Positions 60,218-64,000 of a stretch of 64,000 nt of DNA are shown in pieces (position 1 is the first letter of the stretch; each line of letters opens with the position of its first letter). The notes beneath the pieces were generated by a model. That model worked only from the letters and a program-made list of their open reading frames with translations, had not been told where the DNA came from and ran no database searches. The position numbers and the translations under genes were made by a program. Where the stretch lies: contig JACWDR010000002.1 in the NCBI GenBank assembly GCA_014653975.1, positions 1,887 to 65,886 of the forward strand. Reading direction: 5' to 3'. The stretch comes from Pelagibacterales bacterium SAG-MED20. GTDB taxonomy: Bacteria; Pseudomonadota; Alphaproteobacteria; Pelagibacterales; Pelagibacteraceae.

Positions 60218-60669
60218 GGATCGTAAGCCCATTGTAATATAGCTTGTCTCTGTCTTTTTCTACATTCAAGATCACCTTTATCGCAATTTTTTTCAACAGC
60301 TAAAACATGTCTTCTGAAATTTTTCCATCTTTTGATTTGAATTTTGTCTATATGAGCAATTCTTCTTCCTTTACTAAATCTACAGTACCATTGGAACCAT
60401 CCCAGAGGATCTTCTTTAAAAATCCACCCTTTTTCTATCCAGTGTTCTCTTGATAATCCTGAAACAACTTTAAATCTGTTCAAATTTATATCAAAAGTTT
60501 TACTTATTTTAGCATTTTTAAACCATGATTTAGGATACTCTTTTAAGTCTAATCCAAAATACGCACCGCCAAACACACCTAATTCCATCATTCTTTTTGG
60601 GGTTAGTTCAGGTTTAAAAATTTTATAGAAATCTAGGTTATCATTATCTTTTTGTAAAATTTTTTTCAT
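60208..60669 (-). CDS. Conserved hypothetical protein, Trp/Arg-rich
   Basis: FKPELTP...GVFGGAYF, DPLGWFQWYCRF..GRR, RQAILQW. Confidence 0.8.
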   Translation of the reverse strand: MKKILQKDNDNLDFYKIFKPELTPKRMMELGVFGGAYFGLDLKEYPKSWFKNAKISKTFDINLNRFKVVSGLSREHWIEKGWIFKEDPLGWFQWYCRFSKGRRIAHIDKIQIKRWKNFRRHVLAVEKNCDKGDLECRKRQRQAILQWAYDPYR

Positions 60670-60682
60670 TTTAGGTTTTGCT

Positions 60683-61810
60683 TTATTGATTTATGAGTTT
60701 TTGATACATTTCCTTATCTGTATCACCTTCGCAGCCAATAACTAATATATTAGATTTTGAGTTTAGTTTTAACGTTTCTTTAATCTTATCATCCAGACAA
60801 GCGGTTATTAAACTAATTACTCCAGGGGCAGAGTTTTCTCCTGCTATTATTTTTTCATCACTAAAACTTGAGTTTCCAAGTAATTTCATCGTTTTTGCAA
60901 TGTTGTCATCAGGTAAACTAATACAAAATTTAACTGAATTCTTTAGTATTGCCCACGGAACCAAAGACACTTCACCACAAGACATTCCACCCATTAAGCT
61001 TTCTCTTTTTATATCTATTTTTTCAATTTTTCCTGTTTTAATACTTTCCATTACACATGCGGCGCTATCTGGTTCAACAACTACAATTTCAGGTACGTTT
61101 TCTAAATATCTTGCTATTCCTGCAACCATAGCTCCCGCCATACCACCAACTCCAGCTTGCAATATTATGTGAGTGATTTTATCACTTTTTAATTGATTAA
61201 CAATTTCCTTCATCATTACTGTATAGCCAGCCATAGTGTATTTTGGGACTACCATGTAATCATTCCAAGCAACATCTTGAACAATTTGCCAATTATTTTC
61301 TTTAGATTGTTTAATACATTTTACTAAAGATTTTTCATAGTTACCCTTAACCTTAATAACATCAGCACCTAGGTCTGACATAGCTTGTCCTCTTGCGTCA
61401 CTAACATACTCGCTTATAAAAATTTTACACTTTAAACCGAGCCTTCTTGCTCCCCAAGCAACAGATCTTCCGTGGTTTCCAGCTGTTGCTGTTGAAACAA
61501 CAATATCTTTATTTCCTTTTGTAACTTTTTCAACTGCATAGGCCCCACCAAGTGCTTTAAAAGATTTAAGATTAAATCTTTTACTTTCATCTTTGTAAAA
61601 TATTTTATTCAAATTCAATTCTTTTGAAAGTTTACTTAATTCAATTAATGGTGTTGGTAGATAACCTTTCCAATTAGAAATAATCAAAAATGCTTCATCA
61701 ATATCATTTTTAGATAAAGAACTTAAAATTTCATTTTTATTAAAAGAATAATTTTTGTTTTCAAAAAAAGAAGAAATTGACCAAAGGTCTTTTTGGAAGA
61801 TTGTTTTCAT
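60683..61810 (-). CDS. dpaL: Diaminopropionate ammonia-lyase (PLP, fold type II)
   Basis: YKDESKRFNLKSFKALGG, TAGNHGR, QDVAW, QAGVGGMA. Confidence 0.88.
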   Translation of the reverse strand: MKTIFQKDLWSISSFFENKNYSFNKNEILSSLSKNDIDEAFLIISNWKGYLPTPLIELSKLSKELNLNKIFYKDESKRFNLKSFKALGGAYAVEKVTKGNKDIVVSTATAGNHGRSVAWGARRLGLKCKIFISEYVSDARGQAMSDLGADVIKVKGNYEKSLVKCIKQSKENNWQIVQDVAWNDYMVVPKYTMAGYTVMMKEIVNQLKSDKITHIILQAGVGGMAGAMVAGIARYLENVPEIVVVEPDSAACVMESIKTGKIEKIDIKRESLMGGMSCGEVSLVPWAILKNSVKFCISLPDDNIAKTMKLLGNSSFSDEKIIAGENSAPGVISLITACLDDKIKETLKLNSKSNILVIGCEGDTDKEMYQKLINQ

Positions 61811-61815
61811 TTAGA

Positions 61816-63141
61816 TTAACAATCAAGAGTGCTACTTTTTTCCCAATCGGTTATTGGGCTTTTTTTATCAAATCTATCGTTTTTATTAAAATCTTCAATT
61901 TCCATATTCTTTAATCTTATATAACTTTTTATAACATTTTCTCCAAAAGCTTCTTTTAGTTCTTTAGAATTTTCAAGAAAATCAAGAGCATCTTCTATTT
62001 CATCTGGTAATTTTTTCAAGTTTGGATAATTCTTGTAATCTGTATACATATTGCATCCCAAAGGTTCACCCGGATCAATTTTATTATTTAACCCATGAAG
62101 ACCAGCAGCGATCACACCCGCTTGAAGCAAATAAGGGTTTGATGAACCATCCATTAGTCTTAATTCAAATCTACCAGCGTCTGGTACTCTAATCATATGG
62201 GTTCTATTATTTCCAGTGTAAGAAATACTACTTGGAGACCATGAAGCCCCTGATTTTGTTGGTGGAGCATTAATCCTTCTATAACTATTAACCGTAGGAT
62301 TAAAAAAAGCGGACAGCGGTTGAGCTAAATGCATAACACCTCCTAAAAAATTGTAGGCAAGTCTAGTTAAACCTAATCTGTCACTACTATCTAAAAATTT
62401 ATTTGTTTTATCATTCCAAATAGAGATGTGTGCATGACAACCATTACCAGTCAGATTGCTAAAAGGCTTTGGCATGAATGTTGCTCTAAGACCATGTTTT
62501 TCTGCCAAGGATTTTACCATATACTTAAAAAAAACATGTCTATCTGCTGTAATTAAACAATCATTATAATCCCAATTCATTTCAAATTGTCCATTAGCAT
62601 CTTCATGGTCATTTTGGTAGGGGTGCCATCCCATTTGTATCATTGCATCACAAATCTCTTTAATTAATTCGTACCTACGCATTAATGCTGACTGGTCATA
62701 ACAAGGTTTTGATTGTGTATCTTTTAAGTCTGCAATACTAGATCCATCTTCTGAAATTAAAAAGTACTCACATTCTACTCCTGATTTCATTTGTAGATTT
62801 TTTTTACCCAATTTATGTATTTGTTCTTTAAGCATAACTCTAGGCGAAGCTTTTACTGGTTGACCACCCATCCATAAATCTGATGCTAACCAGCCAACTT
62901 CTTTATTCCAAGGTAATTGGATAAGACTATTGGGATCAGGAATAGCAAACATATCAGTGTCAGCTGGGGACATATCCAGCCAGGTTGCAAACCCGGCAAA
63001 CCCTGCACCATTTTTTTGCATTTCACCAATCGCTTCCATAGGAACTAATTTTGATCTTAAAACACCAAATAAGTCTACAAAACTTATTAGAAAGTATTTT
63101 ATTTTTTTTGCTTTAGCTATTTTTGATAAATTTTTTGCCAT
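61816..63141 (-). CDS. glnT: GlnT-type glutamate-amine ligase, likely gamma-glutamylmethylamide synthetase (GmaS)
   Basis: GAGFAGFA, KPCYDQSALMRR, YQNDHEDANGQFEMNW, SGASWSP, NNRTHM. Confidence 0.9.
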   Translation of the reverse strand: MAKNLSKIAKAKKIKYFLISFVDLFGVLRSKLVPMEAIGEMQKNGAGFAGFATWLDMSPADTDMFAIPDPNSLIQLPWNKEVGWLASDLWMGGQPVKASPRVMLKEQIHKLGKKNLQMKSGVECEYFLISEDGSSIADLKDTQSKPCYDQSALMRRYELIKEICDAMIQMGWHPYQNDHEDANGQFEMNWDYNDCLITADRHVFFKYMVKSLAEKHGLRATFMPKPFSNLTGNGCHAHISIWNDKTNKFLDSSDRLGLTRLAYNFLGGVMHLAQPLSAFFNPTVNSYRRINAPPTKSGASWSPSSISYTGNNRTHMIRVPDAGRFELRLMDGSSNPYLLQAGVIAAGLHGLNNKIDPGEPLGCNMYTDYKNYPNLKKLPDEIEDALDFLENSKELKEAFGENVIKSYIRLKNMEIEDFNKNDRFDKKSPITDWEKSSTLDC

Positions 63142-63293
63142 TATTTTAAAAATGAAAATATCATATCTTTATAATAAATTAAGTTAACACCAATAATAAT
63201 TATTATGGCTAGTATAACTCCGTATTTAGCTTTTGGAAAAACTACACCAATCATTTTACTAGGTCTTTGTTCTTCTTTGTTATTTTCTGTCAT
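63141..63293 (-). CDS. Small single-TM hypothetical protein (50 aa)
   Basis: ATG 63293 lies just downstream of the terminator; stop overlaps the glnT start (TAATG). Confidence 0.6.
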   Translation of the reverse strand: MTENNKEEQRPSKMIGVVFPKAKYGVILAIIIIIGVNLIYYKDMIFSFLK

Positions 63294-63307
63294 TGTAAGA
63301 ATTTTAT

Positions 63308-63338
63308 AAAAAAAGGGCGCTACAATCAAGTAGCGCCC
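63308..63338 (-). terminator. Intrinsic terminator after amt and the small-protein gene
   Basis: Minus strand GGGCGCTAC-TTGATT-GTAGCGCCC-TTTTTTT. Confidence 0.88.
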
Positions 63339-63354
63339 AAATTTTTATTTTATA

Positions 63355-63579
63355 TTACCAGTCGGTAATATTGTTTTTATGATCATTCGCACCATGTCTT
63401 TTTCTAGCTAATCGTGAAAGTTTTTCACTTTCAGATTTATTAGTCAAAACATGCCAACCAATCCAAAAAACTATAGCTAGAATAACTAGTAAAGTTTCAC
63501 TAGATCCAGCTCCCGGATAAACTGCCCCGACAACTTCTTTAGCACTTAAATGATCTATCCAGTTTGTAACTGTAGCCAT
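63355..63579 (-). CDS. Small membrane protein downstream of amt (74 aa)
   Basis: AGGAG SD; GAVYPG...E.LLV...FWIGWH single TM. Confidence 0.82.
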   Translation of the reverse strand: MATVTNWIDHLSAKEVVGAVYPGAGSSETLLVILAIVFWIGWHVLTNKSESEKLSRLARKRHGANDHKNNITDW

Positions 63580-63590
63580 ATATTTCTCCT

Positions 63591-64000
63591 TTACCTAGTT
63601 GAAGAGGCGACTGCTTTTTCAGCATCTCTATCGTCCTCCATTATTTCATAGTCTAGTCCAGCTATTTCTACCTCACGTGGGATTCTTAATTTACCCATCC
63701 CGCTTAGTACTTTTGCTATAACATAGCCTGGTAGCATTCCAAGAACTCCAAACATTATGATTGCTCCAAGGAATTGTCCCAGTGGATTGATTGATGCATA
63801 AGTTGATCCGTCCCACATAGCTCCAACACTGTATCCAGATGAAGGATAGCCATTTAAAACAAATCCACAAATTACAAGACCAACAAACCCTGCATAACCA
63901 TGCACGGCCACTGCACCAACTGCATCATCAATTTTGAACTTCCGCTCAACCCAATAATGTAGTTTGTAAGCAATCACAACACCAATTGCACCAATAAGCA
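63591..64000 (-). CDS. amt: Ammonium/methylammonium transporter, Amt family (5' end outside window)
   Basis: KIDDAVGAVAVHG, LRI..E.E..GLD; frame open to the window end. Confidence 0.95.
   Translation of the reverse strand, partial: LIGAIGVVIAYKLHYWVERKFKIDDAVGAVAVHGYAGFVGLVICGFVLNGYPSSGYSVGAMWDGSTYASINPLGQFLGAIIMFGVLGMLPGYVIAKVLSGMGKLRIPREVEIAGLDYEIMEDDRDAEKAVASSTR

Noticed and set aside
63294-63329. Track's longer start for the ORF upstream of glnT
   Set aside because: The extension runs through the intrinsic terminator; ATG 63293 is preferred

Overview
AT-rich (roughly 30% GC by eye), gene-dense alphaproteobacterial chromosome segment. Gene content points to SAR11/Pelagibacterales: the proteorhodopsin-ferredoxin-reductase-GST block, streamlined spacing and many abutting or overlapping genes. 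The left half is mostly core: ppdK, nadA-nadC without nadB, pyrC, prpE, a blue-tuned proteorhodopsin, dksA, umuDC, recA, alaS, icd, psd-pssA, guaBA and panB. It also holds a small accessory envelope/glycan cassette (GT39, GT2, secreted serine hydrolase, alginate-lyase-family protein). The right half (34.7-64 kb) is rich in organic-nitrogen scavenging genes, interleaved with acnA, bamB and zapE: an EutD/DoeA-like hydrolase, a PotABCD-like ABC importer, ureohydrolase plus aldehyde dehydrogenase, NCS1 plus puuE/alc/allA, an ArgE-like M20 hydrolase, DpaL, GmaS/GlnT and Amt. I found no rRNA, tRNA, CRISPR array, integrase or transposase. Best leads: (i) two translationally coupled membrane microproteins downstream of dksA; (ii) a secreted hydrolase whose signal peptide starts at a non-canonical ATA (ATGA->ATAA overlap); (iii) a possible EutD/ArgE/DpaL route from cyclic amidines or ureides to pyruvate; (iv) a small membrane protein paired with Amt; (v) a motif-dense umuD/cupin intergenic region (LexA box, DnaA box, direct repeats, RBS hairpin). 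All functional calls come from reading motifs; no database search was run.
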